Assembly: GCA_035620615.1 (NCBI GenBank)
Contig: DASPGM010000014.1
Span: forward strand, 21,226 to 53,225
DNA from: Nitrosopumilaceae archaeon
Lineage (GTDB): Archaea; Thermoproteota; Nitrososphaeria; Nitrososphaerales; Nitrosopumilaceae
Direction of reading: 5' to 3'
DNA: 32,000 bases
Positions 17,542-26,923 of this stretch are shown here, piece after piece. The notes under the pieces were generated by a model. The model had not been told where the DNA came from. It saw nothing but the letters and a program-made list of their open reading frames with translations, and ran no database searches. Position 1 is the first letter of the stretch. Every line of letters begins with the position of its first letter. The translations under genes and the position numbers were made by a program.

Positions 17542-18894
17542 TTAAACTGGTTCAGGATGAATTGTTATTATTGCATTCTTAAACCTACTACGAATTTTCC
17601 TTTCAATCTGAGATGTTAAATCATGAACAGTCTCGATGGATAAATTTCTATCAAAAGAGCAATCAAAATCAATTTTTAGTACATCTTGATACTTTAAAGT
17701 AACAACTCGTCCAATTTTTTTTATTTGTGTAAATTCTTCAAGTAATTGGACTAGCATTTCCTTGGTTATTTTACCTTCAATTTTGAGCTTTTCAGGAATG
17801 GCCACAAAAGGTTCTAAGTGTATTGTGACATGATGAATTTTAGGAAGATTTTTCTGAATTTTTCCTTCTATAATTTCAGAAATTTTATGGGCATCTTCTA
17901 AATTCTTTTCCCTATCTACCATTACATGAAAACTTACAAAAATTTTACCTTCAGATGAATAGGATGAAATGTTATGAACATCTTTTACACCATCAATGGA
18001 CATTGCAATATCATTAATCTTTAATTCTTGAGGGACATTTTGCCAGCTTGGCTCAATTCGTATAGATGTCATTGAGTTTGATATTTGATTTTTTATGTTT
18101 TTTTCAGCTTCAGCGGAAATTTCATGAGCCTTATCAAAGCTAACATCTCCACGTAGTGTAATAGTGACATCGCAAAAAATCGTATCTCCTGATTTTCTCA
18201 TTAGAATTGGTCCAACTCCAATAACTCCTTCTGTGTTTTGTGAAATTTCTCTCACTTTGGCAACAAGTCCGGGTGAAATAATGTCAGTAAGATCCATTGC
18301 GGTACGATAAATTAATTTTAAGCTCAATACTACAAGCAAAATTCCTAAAACCAATGCTGCAATAAAGTCTCCTTGGAAAAATCCAACTGTTACAAGCAAA
18401 ATTCCACCAATTGCTACGATTGTCGAGCCAAGGTCCATAATTGCATGATAAAAATCAGCTTTTAGTGTTGTACCGCCAATTTTTTTTATAGATTTTTGTA
18501 AAAGAATAATTCTAAAAATATCAACTCCAATTGTGTATATTCCAGCTGTTATAGCTAAAACTCCTGGTAATATCTGAGGTTCTGGACTTGATAAACGAAT
18601 TATTGCCTCATAAATGAAAAAGGAGGCAATTAATAAAATTGCTATTCCTCCAAATAATCCTCCAAGTGATTCAATTTTTCCATGTCCATAAGTATGCTCT
18701 GCATCAGGAGGTTTTATAGCCCATTTTGCAGCTAGGAGAAGAACAATTGTTACAACACTATCTAAAAGAGCATGAACGCTATCGGTAATTAGACCAAGAC
18801 TATTAAAAATTAATCCAAAAGCCAGCTCTACTGCAAACGCTGACAAGATTGCAAAAAGAGAAATCGTAAGAACCTGAGTTTTTTGCAGAACCAT
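17542..18894 (-). CDS. Cation diffusion facilitator (CDF) family transporter with extended C-terminal cytoplasmic region
   Basis: 450 aa; GLITDSVHALLDSVVTIVLLLAAKWA, DAEHTYGHGKIESLGGL, DFYHAIMDLGSTIVAIGGI; C-terminal CDF dimerisation-like domains. Confidence 0.92.
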   Translation of the reverse strand: MVLQKTQVLTISLFAILSAFAVELAFGLIFNSLGLITDSVHALLDSVVTIVLLLAAKWAIKPPDAEHTYGHGKIESLGGLFGGIAILLIASFFIYEAIIRLSSPEPQILPGVLAITAGIYTIGVDIFRIILLQKSIKKIGGTTLKADFYHAIMDLGSTIVAIGGILLVTVGFFQGDFIAALVLGILLVVLSLKLIYRTAMDLTDIISPGLVAKVREISQNTEGVIGVGPILMRKSGDTIFCDVTITLRGDVSFDKAHEISAEAEKNIKNQISNSMTSIRIEPSWQNVPQELKINDIAMSIDGVKDVHNISSYSSEGKIFVSFHVMVDREKNLEDAHKISEIIEGKIQKNLPKIHHVTIHLEPFVAIPEKLKIEGKITKEMLVQLLEEFTQIKKIGRVVTLKYQDVLKIDFDCSFDRNLSIETVHDLTSQIERKIRSRFKNAIITIHPEPV

Positions 18895-18956
18895 GGTTAC
18901 TTTACACTTTAGGGAGTTACTTATCTTATTACTAGTCTTCTAATTTAAGACAAATT

Positions 18957-21900
18957 ATGCGACAATGTTATTTGCCTGAAAGCCATTTCTTTCTATTACG
19001 AGTTAATTTGAATAAAATCGGTATCATAATTATAGGTTTAATGATATTTATCCCAATTTTTTCTGGGTTTCAAGCAGATGCAGCTCATAATCCGAATCTC
19101 TATGTTTCAGCTGAAAATTCAGATTTTGAAAACCATTTTGCAGGCTCTATGGTAATTGAAGTAGTTGTAACTGATCCAAATTATAGTGATGTGGGAAACG
19201 CAATGGGGGAACCAGATGTTACTCTAAATGGTAAGGATCTAAGGATGGTTCAAGCAACAGATGGAAAATGGTATGCATATTTTGCAAGTATAAAAGCAGC
19301 AAAAAATGCAGATCAATTAGTTTTAAATGCTGGTCCAGGGGCTATTGGAAAAAGTTTAGACTTTGGCGTTTTTTGCAGTAGTACGACTTCATCATCAGTT
19401 CTTGGAGTAAGTTTTTCTGACACTGAAGGAGTTTCAGTTCCAGGTCGTATTGGTCTATCAGATTTTACAAATGGTAATTCAGCCTTTACATCATGCACTT
19501 CATCTCCAACAGGTGGTAATGAAAATAATGTAGTTCGTAATCCTAGATCGATTAACACAAATCCTTCTGTATCTCCAGGACAAATTGGCATTGATATTGA
19601 TGCATGGCCAATCATTCAATTATTTTCTTTTAGTAATAGTGTAGAAATAAAATTTAATCGAGCAGGTGGAGTAGAAAAAACTGTTCTTTCATATGATGAT
19701 ATTCCAAATATTTCATTATCAACGGATAGAAATGGCTATCCAAATAACGCCGAAGTTTTCTTAACTATTAATGATATCCAATTAAACCAAGATCCTACAG
19801 ATGAAGATTCATGGACATTTAACATAAATTCTCCAGAAACAGCTTTTTATCAAGCATTCACCGAATCTGGTTCAGACTCTGGAAACAATAGTCCAGGTTT
19901 AATCAATTTAGTTCCACATCTCTCAAGTCTAGGATTTGAAGATAATGGAAAACTAGCTATTAATCTTGGAACTATTGCAAGGTTGAAAACTAATGACCAA
20001 CAACCAAGCCTTTCAGTCTCGGATACTATGAATACCTTTACTCAAATCGTCACAGTTGTAGAATCGGAACCCAATTCGGGAAAATTCGAAAATTTTGATT
20101 CCAGTAACGAGTCAACTATTGGAATATTAGGAAATGCCCCTAGAGGTCAGTCTGCTATTATACAATATGATGACAAGTCAACTTCAATTCTAGCAGGCCC
20201 TTCTACTGCATCTATATCAATGACTCCAAAAGGTGGTCAATTTAATGCAGGTCAGCAGGCTCCAGTAACAGTAGTAGATACTGATCAAAATTTTAATTCA
20301 GGTTCAAGAGACATCCTTAATGTTTTTCGAAGTACAGCAATTATTCCTACTTTACAGCTAGGCGAGCCTGCAACTCTTGAAAAAACATCCGGTCTGAAAT
20401 TCTATACTGTTTCTACTGACACTCTATCTGGGGGATTTTCAGTGGATTTTTCGGTTCCAGATAAAAATTCTGATAGACTAATCATTAACACTGCTCCAGT
20501 AGGTACAAGCGCCTTTGAAGTAATTTCTATGAACATGGGAATTACTGCTGGAACATTACAATCATTATTCATTAATAATATCTTACCAAATAATATTGGA
20601 ACAAATTGGTTAAACTTTGATCTAAAATCAATTGAACAACAATTAGGGGTTTCTTCATTTTCTGATACGAGTATATCATTACATTTTGGTGGATTACCTG
20701 GGACTGCAGTACAAATTCTAGATCCAGGGGATATCTCATCAGGAAGTGGTTTAATACAACTAGATGACGTAGATATAGTTGCAATAAATTCTGTTCCAAG
20801 TTCATCTTCTGTTTTTTTGGTGGTTAATTTTGATTCTTCTGATAATACTGTTTCTACAGGAATGATATCTAATGAAAAAGATAGTCAACCAATTGTAGTT
20901 GATTTTTTTTCGTTTGGACAAAAAAACAATCAGGATATTAACAATGCAATTTATCGATTTGAATTAGAAGAGACCGCAAATGATTCTGGAATTTTTGTTG
21001 GATCAATTGAATATTCAGTTACAAATCAGGTAAATATTTCAGATCCATCTTTAATCAAATCACTTAGAACTATCGATGATAGAATAAAATTTCTAGTTAA
21101 TAATAGATTGATAGATGAGAAGGGAATTAACATCGCATATTCTGATATTTCTGGAGTTGGCGTCATAATTAGTACATCATCAAAAACTGACATCAACACA
21201 AATTCGGGAACAGTTTCTTTTACATCTAATACTTATCGTTTTGGACAACCAGTTTTTTTTGTTTTAAAAGATCCTGATCTTAATCTAAAACATGATACCA
21301 TTGAATCATACCAAGTTGTAAATAATCCTAATTCACCTAATGTAGATACCGTTGGAACATCAAATGGCGAAATTCTAGTTGAAATCTTAATCAAAGATTT
21401 TCGGTATAAACGTTGTACAATAAATGGACTAGAACATGGAGGTCTTGCATCAACCGGATTTATTCTTGTAGAAACTGCACCCAATTCGGGAATATTTGAA
21501 GGAAGTTTTAAAATGCCCTCACAAATCTGTGATAAAACCGGCACTAAACTAATTTCTACAGCAGGTGGAAGCCTTGATGCCAAATATTATGACTTTAGAG
21601 ATTCTTCAGGAAAACAAAATATTTTTAGCTCAACTAGTCTCGGTTCCTCATCTATGGGAGAAAGCCCAACAAGCTTAAACTTTAAAAAATTTATAATTCC
21701 AGAGTATAGGAAAACTACTGATGTAATTCTCAGTGGCAAGGTAAATAATTACAATCAAGGCACAACCATCGACATTACTCTCTTTGGACCAGACCTGTCT
21801 TCAGAAAAATTTACTGCATTTGCAACAAAGAATGGAGAATTTAGAGGAGTTTTTACCTTGCATGACTATTCACTGCCTGGTAATTACAAATTAAGTGTGA

Positions 21901-22214
21901 GTTATCAAGGTATACATATTGGAGATGAAGAATTTCAGGTCTCAAAATATTTGGTTCCTGATTGGATAAAAAATAATGCAAGGTGGTGGTCTTCAGATCA
22001 GATCTCAGACTCTGAATTTATCCGGGGAATTCAACATCTAATAGATAAAAAAATAATTGTCATACAAAATTCTGTCAAATCTCAAAACGCTGTAGGGGAT
22101 GTTCCAATATGGATTAAAAATACTGCAAAATGGTGGTCTCAAGATATTGTTTCTGACGATGAGTTTGTTGCAGCTATAGAATTTTTTGTAAAAAATGGCA
22201 TAATAAGGCTATAA
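18957..22214 (+). CDS. Large exported S-layer-like surface protein with two C-terminal WIKNxAxWW repeats
   Basis: 1085 aa; signal peptide; DPNYSD/DTDQNFNS/DPDLNLKHD beta-domain motifs; PNSGxFxG/E recurring; two WIKNxAxWWsxdxxsDxEFxxxIxxxxxxxII repeats at the C-terminus. Confidence 0.75.
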   Translation: MRQCYLPESHFFLLRVNLNKIGIIIIGLMIFIPIFSGFQADAAHNPNLYVSAENSDFENHFAGSMVIEVVVTDPNYSDVGNAMGEPDVTLNGKDLRMVQATDGKWYAYFASIKAAKNADQLVLNAGPGAIGKSLDFGVFCSSTTSSSVLGVSFSDTEGVSVPGRIGLSDFTNGNSAFTSCTSSPTGGNENNVVRNPRSINTNPSVSPGQIGIDIDAWPIIQLFSFSNSVEIKFNRAGGVEKTVLSYDDIPNISLSTDRNGYPNNAEVFLTINDIQLNQDPTDEDSWTFNINSPETAFYQAFTESGSDSGNNSPGLINLVPHLSSLGFEDNGKLAINLGTIARLKTNDQQPSLSVSDTMNTFTQIVTVVESEPNSGKFENFDSSNESTIGILGNAPRGQSAIIQYDDKSTSILAGPSTASISMTPKGGQFNAGQQAPVTVVDTDQNFNSGSRDILNVFRSTAIIPTLQLGEPATLEKTSGLKFYTVSTDTLSGGFSVDFSVPDKNSDRLIINTAPVGTSAFEVISMNMGITAGTLQSLFINNILPNNIGTNWLNFDLKSIEQQLGVSSFSDTSISLHFGGLPGTAVQILDPGDISSGSGLIQLDDVDIVAINSVPSSSSVFLVVNFDSSDNTVSTGMISNEKDSQPIVVDFFSFGQKNNQDINNAIYRFELEETANDSGIFVGSIEYSVTNQVNISDPSLIKSLRTIDDRIKFLVNNRLIDEKGINIAYSDISGVGVIISTSSKTDINTNSGTVSFTSNTYRFGQPVFFVLKDPDLNLKHDTIESYQVVNNPNSPNVDTVGTSNGEILVEILIKDFRYKRCTINGLEHGGLASTGFILVETAPNSGIFEGSFKMPSQICDKTGTKLISTAGGSLDAKYYDFRDSSGKQNIFSSTSLGSSSMGESPTSLNFKKFIIPEYRKTTDVILSGKVNNYNQGTTIDITLFGPDLSSEKFTAFATKNGEFRGVFTLHDYSLPGNYKLSVSYQGIHIGDEEFQVSKYLVPDWIKNNARWWSSDQISDSEFIRGIQHLIDKKIIVIQNSVKSQNAVGDVPIWIKNTAKWWSQDIVSDDEFVAAIEFFVKNGIIRL
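21954..22211 (+). repeat. Two copies of a WIKNxAxWW module at the surface-protein C-terminus
   Basis: VPDWIKNNARWWSSDQISDSEFIRGIQHLIDKKIIVI and VPIWIKNTAKWWSQDIVSDDEFVAAIEFFVKNGIIRL. Confidence 0.85.
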
Positions 22215-22252
22215 TCGAGTCAACTTTTCTTTCATTTAATACATAAATACCC

Positions 22253-23356
22253 ATGATCCCAGATAAAATCCAACAAATGAGACGCTTAGGATACTCTATT
22301 TCACTAGTTTTATCATTTATTATAATATCCTATGGTGTCTCAGGGCCAGTTTTTGGTCAACTCAACCAAACTGAAAGTCAACAGAATTGTGGTCCTAATG
22401 AAATTTTTAGAGATGGACAATGTATTGCTGGTGTTGATCCAACTCCTGCAAACCCAAATTTACTTTTAGAACCTAAAAATAATCCAACTTTCATTCAAGG
22501 AAACAAAGTCATGATTTCTGGGAAAGTCAAACTAGATCCAATTCTTCAACATGCCGTTACTATTCAAATTTTAAATCCTGAAGGTAAGATTGTATCTATT
22601 GATCAATCTTTACCCCAGTCTGATGGTTCTTTTGTTTTTGAATTTATAGCAGATGGTCCTCTTTGGAAGACTTCGGGATCTTATGAAGTTAAAGCAAGAT
22701 ATGGTCCTGAAAAGGCAAGTATTAATTTTAATTTTAAGGGTGATATTACAACAGCACCTCCACCACCAAAATGTGGTCCTAATCAAGAGCTGGTAGATGG
22801 AATCTGTAAGAATAAAGAAACAACTCCACCACCCCCACCTCCACCAAAATGTGGAGCCAATCAAGAATTAGTCAATGGAATATGCATTGATAAGGAACCA
22901 GTGGTCACTCCACCACCCCCACCACCAACATGTGGCACCGGTACTCATTTAGAGAATGGAAAATGTGTTCCTGATGAAGAAAGAGGTGGATGTTTAATTG
23001 CAACTGCAGCATTTGGTACTGAATTAGCACCACAAGTTCAAATGCTAAGAGAAATTCGTGATAATGCCGTTCTTGGGACTGTATCTGGAACTGCCTTTAT
23101 GACCGGATTTAACACATTTTACTATTCATTTTCACCAACAATTGCTGATTGGGAACGTGAAAATCCAATATTCCAAGATGCAGTTAGAATCACCATAACT
23201 CCAATGCTGATGTCACTCTCGTTACTAAATCACGTCGATATAGATTCTGAGGCAGAAATGTTAGGTTACGGATTAAGTCTAATAATCTTGAATCTTGGAA
23301 TGTACTTTGTAGCACCAGCTATTGTAATAGTAAAATTAAAGAAAAGATTACAATAA
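22253..23356 (+). CDS. Exported protein: Ig-like module, four CGx(8)GxC-type modules with poly-Pro linkers, and a CFI-box-type C-terminal region
   Basis: 367 aa; CGPNEIFRDGQC, CGPNQELVDGIC, CGANQELVNGIC, CGTGTHLENGKC; PPPPPPP linkers; CLIATAAFGTELAPQVQMLREIRDNAVLGTVSG...FNTFYYSFSPTIADWERENP. Confidence 0.75.
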   Translation: MIPDKIQQMRRLGYSISLVLSFIIISYGVSGPVFGQLNQTESQQNCGPNEIFRDGQCIAGVDPTPANPNLLLEPKNNPTFIQGNKVMISGKVKLDPILQHAVTIQILNPEGKIVSIDQSLPQSDGSFVFEFIADGPLWKTSGSYEVKARYGPEKASINFNFKGDITTAPPPPKCGPNQELVDGICKNKETTPPPPPPPKCGANQELVNGICIDKEPVVTPPPPPPTCGTGTHLENGKCVPDEERGGCLIATAAFGTELAPQVQMLREIRDNAVLGTVSGTAFMTGFNTFYYSFSPTIADWERENPIFQDAVRITITPMLMSLSLLNHVDIDSEAEMLGYGLSLIILNLGMYFVAPAIVIVKLKKRLQ

Positions 23357-23402
23357 TTCCAGTTTTTCTTTAGGTTATTATACTCTAACAAATCAGGTTG
23401 TT

Positions 23403-23729
23403 TTGATGCATATAGAATATGAAGAATTTGAATCAATTGAAGATATTTTCATGTACATGTCTTCGGTAGCACCCCCGATGAAAAATACTCTACCCATAAA
23501 TTCTTACAAAGGTTATGTTTTCTCTTTTATTCCATTAAGTCATTCTAACGGAGATGTTTATCTTTTTATTTACACAAAAGGAAAACTTGAAGGGAGAATT
23601 TTAGAATTTGATACCAATTCACATTCTTATAAAAAAGTAGAATCAATTGAAAGAGCAGATAAAAATTATTTTATTGTTCTTCATCCAAAAAGAAATACAA
23701 TTGCAGATGTAGCTCTAGAAAAATTATAA
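23403..23729 (+). CDS. Hypothetical protein, 108 aa
   Basis: Intact ORF with plausible composition between two convincing genes; no family recognised. Confidence 0.6.
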   Translation: MMHIEYEEFESIEDIFMYMSSVAPPMKNTLPINSYKGYVFSFIPLSHSNGDVYLFIYTKGKLEGRILEFDTNSHSYKKVESIERADKNYFIVLHPKRNTIADVALEKL

Positions 23730-25301
23730 TTTTTTAGTTTCAATCTTTGGCGCACTAACTGATCTACTCCGTGCATATTTTTCTACAATCTCATCAGGCA
23801 TTCTTCCATTGAATAGATCTTTACATAAACCACGTAAGTATCTCATAATTGCCCATGTTCCTGCTTTAATTATTCCATACATGAAAACTTTCATTGCTGG
23901 TCCATAAGTTTTATTCCTTAAAATAATTGGAATAATATCATTAATTACACGTAAATTATTTTCCCAGCACTTCCAAAATAACGTGAATTGGGCCTCATTT
24001 AGATTACCGAAATGCATTGAATTTTTCTCACTAAAATCTTGATAAAGTAAAGGTGCAACAAGACCTCTAAAGTTTGTAGCCCTAAAATCCTTCATCATAT
24101 CGATAGTGTATTGAACTTCATCAGGGGTTTCATCTGGCCATCCGATAATTATTGTCGCAGCTGGGAACCAATGATTCTCATTAAGAATTCTTGCTCCTTC
24201 TCTAACTACACTTCCCCATTCATCAGTTGAAAATGGCTTGGTTTTTACTCCTAGGTGTTTTTTAACCATACGTGGGGCTACTGTTTCAATTCCAAGATTT
24301 GTAGAAAGCCACCTTCCATTTTTTTGCATTTCATTTATTTCGGAAATATTTTGAAGAAGCTTCGGATCTGCTGCTACTGCTGAGAAGGTCATATGGGTAG
24401 TACCAATAAAATTGGGACCTAAACTTTTCAAACCTTTCCATAATTCAGTAATAGCGTCTCTGTTTGGTACAAATTCTCTGTTATCACATCCATAAAGTAA
24501 CATTTCATCAGAATGTAACCAAATTGAATCAAAACCATAATCTAGATTTATTTTTGCTTCATGCTTTAATCTCTCCAGAGGTAAATCTTTTTTTGATCTT
24601 TTATTTACATCACAAAAATCACAACCCCTTCCGCATCCTCGCATAGCCTCAATCAGTGAATTCACAGTGGGACCTTCAATAATTGGAATATTTTGAATAT
24701 TTTTCACAAAACAATGCATTAATTCAGGAGCATCTCCTTTCTCCAAATCATTAAATAAATCCAAGGCTAATTCATCTGCTTCACCAACAACTACAGTGTC
24801 TATTCCATGAATTTTCATTCTATCGGTTTTTGCAAGCTCCCATGCGCCATTTCCTCCTACAACTACCTTGAAATCATATTTTTTCTTTAATTGAATTATA
24901 TTTGCACACATTTTTTTGAACTTCATAGCTACATAAGATAATTTTTCTGGAGACATTGTTGTTGTAACAGGTGCCATACCAAGGGGATCCATTACATTAA
25001 TTCCTACCACTTTTGTTTCTGGACCTATGGATTTTTCAAGGTAATCTGGATTTGCTACAAAAACTTCATCTTTTTTGTATCCTTGTAGTAAAGCACTTTC
25101 TACTCGTCGTAAACCTACTTGAGCAACTTTTGCTTCCCCAGTTACAGGATCTGTCTCCACTGCTGGACAAAAAACCTTGTCAAAAACCCATTCAGGAAGT
25201 ACTTCATATGGTCCACACGCAATAAATCCATAAAGAAAATTTCCTCTATAGTTTGTCATCAAACTACGGTCTGCTGTTAGAACTATTCGCTTGCCTGACA
25301 C
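23724..25301 (-). CDS. Radical SAM enzyme with N-terminal B12-binding-like domain
   Basis: 525 aa; RGCGRGCDFCDVNKRSKK (CxxxCxxC), FKVVVGGNGAWEL upstream domain, ATIIIGWPDETPDEVQYTI. Confidence 0.88.
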   Translation of the reverse strand: MSGKRIVLTADRSLMTNYRGNFLYGFIACGPYEVLPEWVFDKVFCPAVETDPVTGEAKVAQVGLRRVESALLQGYKKDEVFVANPDYLEKSIGPETKVVGINVMDPLGMAPVTTTMSPEKLSYVAMKFKKMCANIIQLKKKYDFKVVVGGNGAWELAKTDRMKIHGIDTVVVGEADELALDLFNDLEKGDAPELMHCFVKNIQNIPIIEGPTVNSLIEAMRGCGRGCDFCDVNKRSKKDLPLERLKHEAKINLDYGFDSIWLHSDEMLLYGCDNREFVPNRDAITELWKGLKSLGPNFIGTTHMTFSAVAADPKLLQNISEINEMQKNGRWLSTNLGIETVAPRMVKKHLGVKTKPFSTDEWGSVVREGARILNENHWFPAATIIIGWPDETPDEVQYTIDMMKDFRATNFRGLVAPLLYQDFSEKNSMHFGNLNEAQFTLFWKCWENNLRVINDIIPIILRNKTYGPAMKVFMYGIIKAGTWAIMRYLRGLCKDLFNGRMPDEIVEKYARSRSVSAPKIETKKL

Positions 25302-25392
25302 CGTCTAAAACTCCTTTTAGCATGATATAAATCATTTACGAAAAGTCTTATGACTAAAATCACTTATGTAGGAATAATGTGAAGAATTAATT

Positions 25393-26115
25393 ATGAAAGA
25401 CATTAGTGAGCCTCGACATTTAGAACCTCATATTAATGAGTCAAGCTCAATGCGTGATTTTATTTTTGGTTTTGGTGATGGAATAAATACTTCATTAGGA
25501 ATTGCTGCAGGAGTTGGTGGGGCTTCTGTTTCATCAGATCTAATAATTCTTGCAGCCCTAGTAGCTATGTTTACAGGGGCAAAGGCCATGGCAGTTCAAA
25601 ATTATTTAGCTGTTAAATCTCAACGAGAATTATTATCTTCAGAAATTAATCGAGAAAACTGGGAAATAGAAAATAAACCAGAAGATGAAAGAAAAGAGAT
25701 TGAGGATATCTACAAAGCTAAGGGTTTTACAGGAAATGATCTTAAAATGATTGTAGATAAAATCACTTCTGATAAAAAAGTCTGGTTAGACACAATGCTT
25801 AGAGAGGAATTAAATTTGAATTTAGAAATTCTTGGACATCCAATAAAAAGTGCACTACGAATGTTTGGAGCATTTTTAATTGGAGGCATACTTCCAATAA
25901 TTCCATTTTTCTTTAGTTCCGGATTTACCCCACTTTTTATTGCAATTGGAATGAGTCTTGCTGCCTCCTTCATCGTTGGTGCGGTTAAATCAAGAATGGC
26001 AAATACAAGTTTTCTTAAAGGAGGAATAGAAATGGCAGGTTTAGGAACCGGCATAGCATTAATTGGATATGGAATTGGTAGTGAATTATCTAGTCTTGGA
26101 ATAATTAATGTTTAG
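25393..26115 (+). CDS. VIT1/CCC1-family (DUF125-like) membrane transporter
   Basis: 240 aa; MRDFIFGFGDGINTSLGIAAGVGGASVSSDLIILAALVAMFTGAKAMAVQNYLAVKSQREL...ERKEIEDIYKAKGF. Confidence 0.85.
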   Translation: MKDISEPRHLEPHINESSSMRDFIFGFGDGINTSLGIAAGVGGASVSSDLIILAALVAMFTGAKAMAVQNYLAVKSQRELLSSEINRENWEIENKPEDERKEIEDIYKAKGFTGNDLKMIVDKITSDKKVWLDTMLREELNLNLEILGHPIKSALRMFGAFLIGGILPIIPFFFSSGFTPLFIAIGMSLAASFIVGAVKSRMANTSFLKGGIEMAGLGTGIALIGYGIGSELSSLGIINV

Positions 26116-26887
26116 ATCTTTTAAGATTAACCCTATTTGCAATACTTGCAGCCATTGCACCAGCACCTATCCCATTATCAATATTTACAACTGCTAATCC
26201 AAGGGAACAACTTTGTAACATCGATGCTAATGTTGCAATACCTTTTTCTCCATAACCATATCCAACCGAAGTAGGTACTCCAATTACTGGTACATTAACT
26301 GATGATGAAACAAGTGTTGCTAAAGCCCCTTCCATTCCTGCAACTACTACAATCGAATCAACCTCGTTTTTAATAAATTCCTTGAGAGCAGGAAACACTC
26401 TATGTAAACCTGCAACTCCCACATCATAACTGCATATGCAATTACAACACATTGATTTACACATTAGCCTTGCTTCTTCGGCTACACCTATATCCGAAGT
26501 CCCTGCAGCTAAGATGCCTACTACTCCTTTATTTTTTTTCACGGGTTTTTTGTAAATAAAAATGGTTGATGAATTTTTTCCAATATCCACCTTAAATTTA
26601 CTTTTCTTAGAAAACTCTAATATTTTATTAATATCATTTTTTTTTAATCTAGAAACAAGCATAGAATTTGATTTTTTTAATACTCTTTGAATGATTTTTT
26701 TGGTTTCACTAAATTGTTTATGTTCTGCAAATATTACTTCTGGAATTCCATGTCGATGCTTTCTCCCAATATCAATTTTTGCAAAATCTTCAATTTTTTC
26801 TAATGAATAAAGTGATAATAACTTACGTGAATGGGATACCGTAATTTTCCCAGATTTTAATGAATTTAGAATATCATCTAATTCCAA
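26105..26887 (-). CDS. larB: Nickel-pincer cofactor biosynthesis protein LarB (PurE-like pyridinium-3,5-biscarboxylate synthase)
   Basis: 260 aa; ILAAGTSDIGVAEEA, VVAGMEGALATLVSSSVNVPVIGVPTSVGYGYGEKG, LQSCSLGLAVVNIDNGIGAGAMA. Confidence 0.92.
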   Translation of the reverse strand: MELDDILNSLKSGKITVSHSRKLLSLYSLEKIEDFAKIDIGRKHRHGIPEVIFAEHKQFSETKKIIQRVLKKSNSMLVSRLKKNDINKILEFSKKSKFKVDIGKNSSTIFIYKKPVKKNKGVVGILAAGTSDIGVAEEARLMCKSMCCNCICSYDVGVAGLHRVFPALKEFIKNEVDSIVVVAGMEGALATLVSSSVNVPVIGVPTSVGYGYGEKGIATLASMLQSCSLGLAVVNIDNGIGAGAMAASIANRVNLKRSKH

Positions 26888-26923
26888 TGTGAATTTAACG
26901 ATTTATTTCAGTTAAAAATCTAA

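Noticed and set aside
19313-21583. - strand ORFs 19313..19615, 20572..20805 and 21233..21583
   Set aside because: Antisense to the large surface protein; no recognisable domains.
22748-22970. Repeated ccaccaccacct tracts resembling a microsatellite
   Set aside because: In-frame proline linkers within the 22253..23356 coding sequence; reported as protein modules instead. The antisense ORF 22610..22864 (poly-Trp) is an artefact of the same tract.
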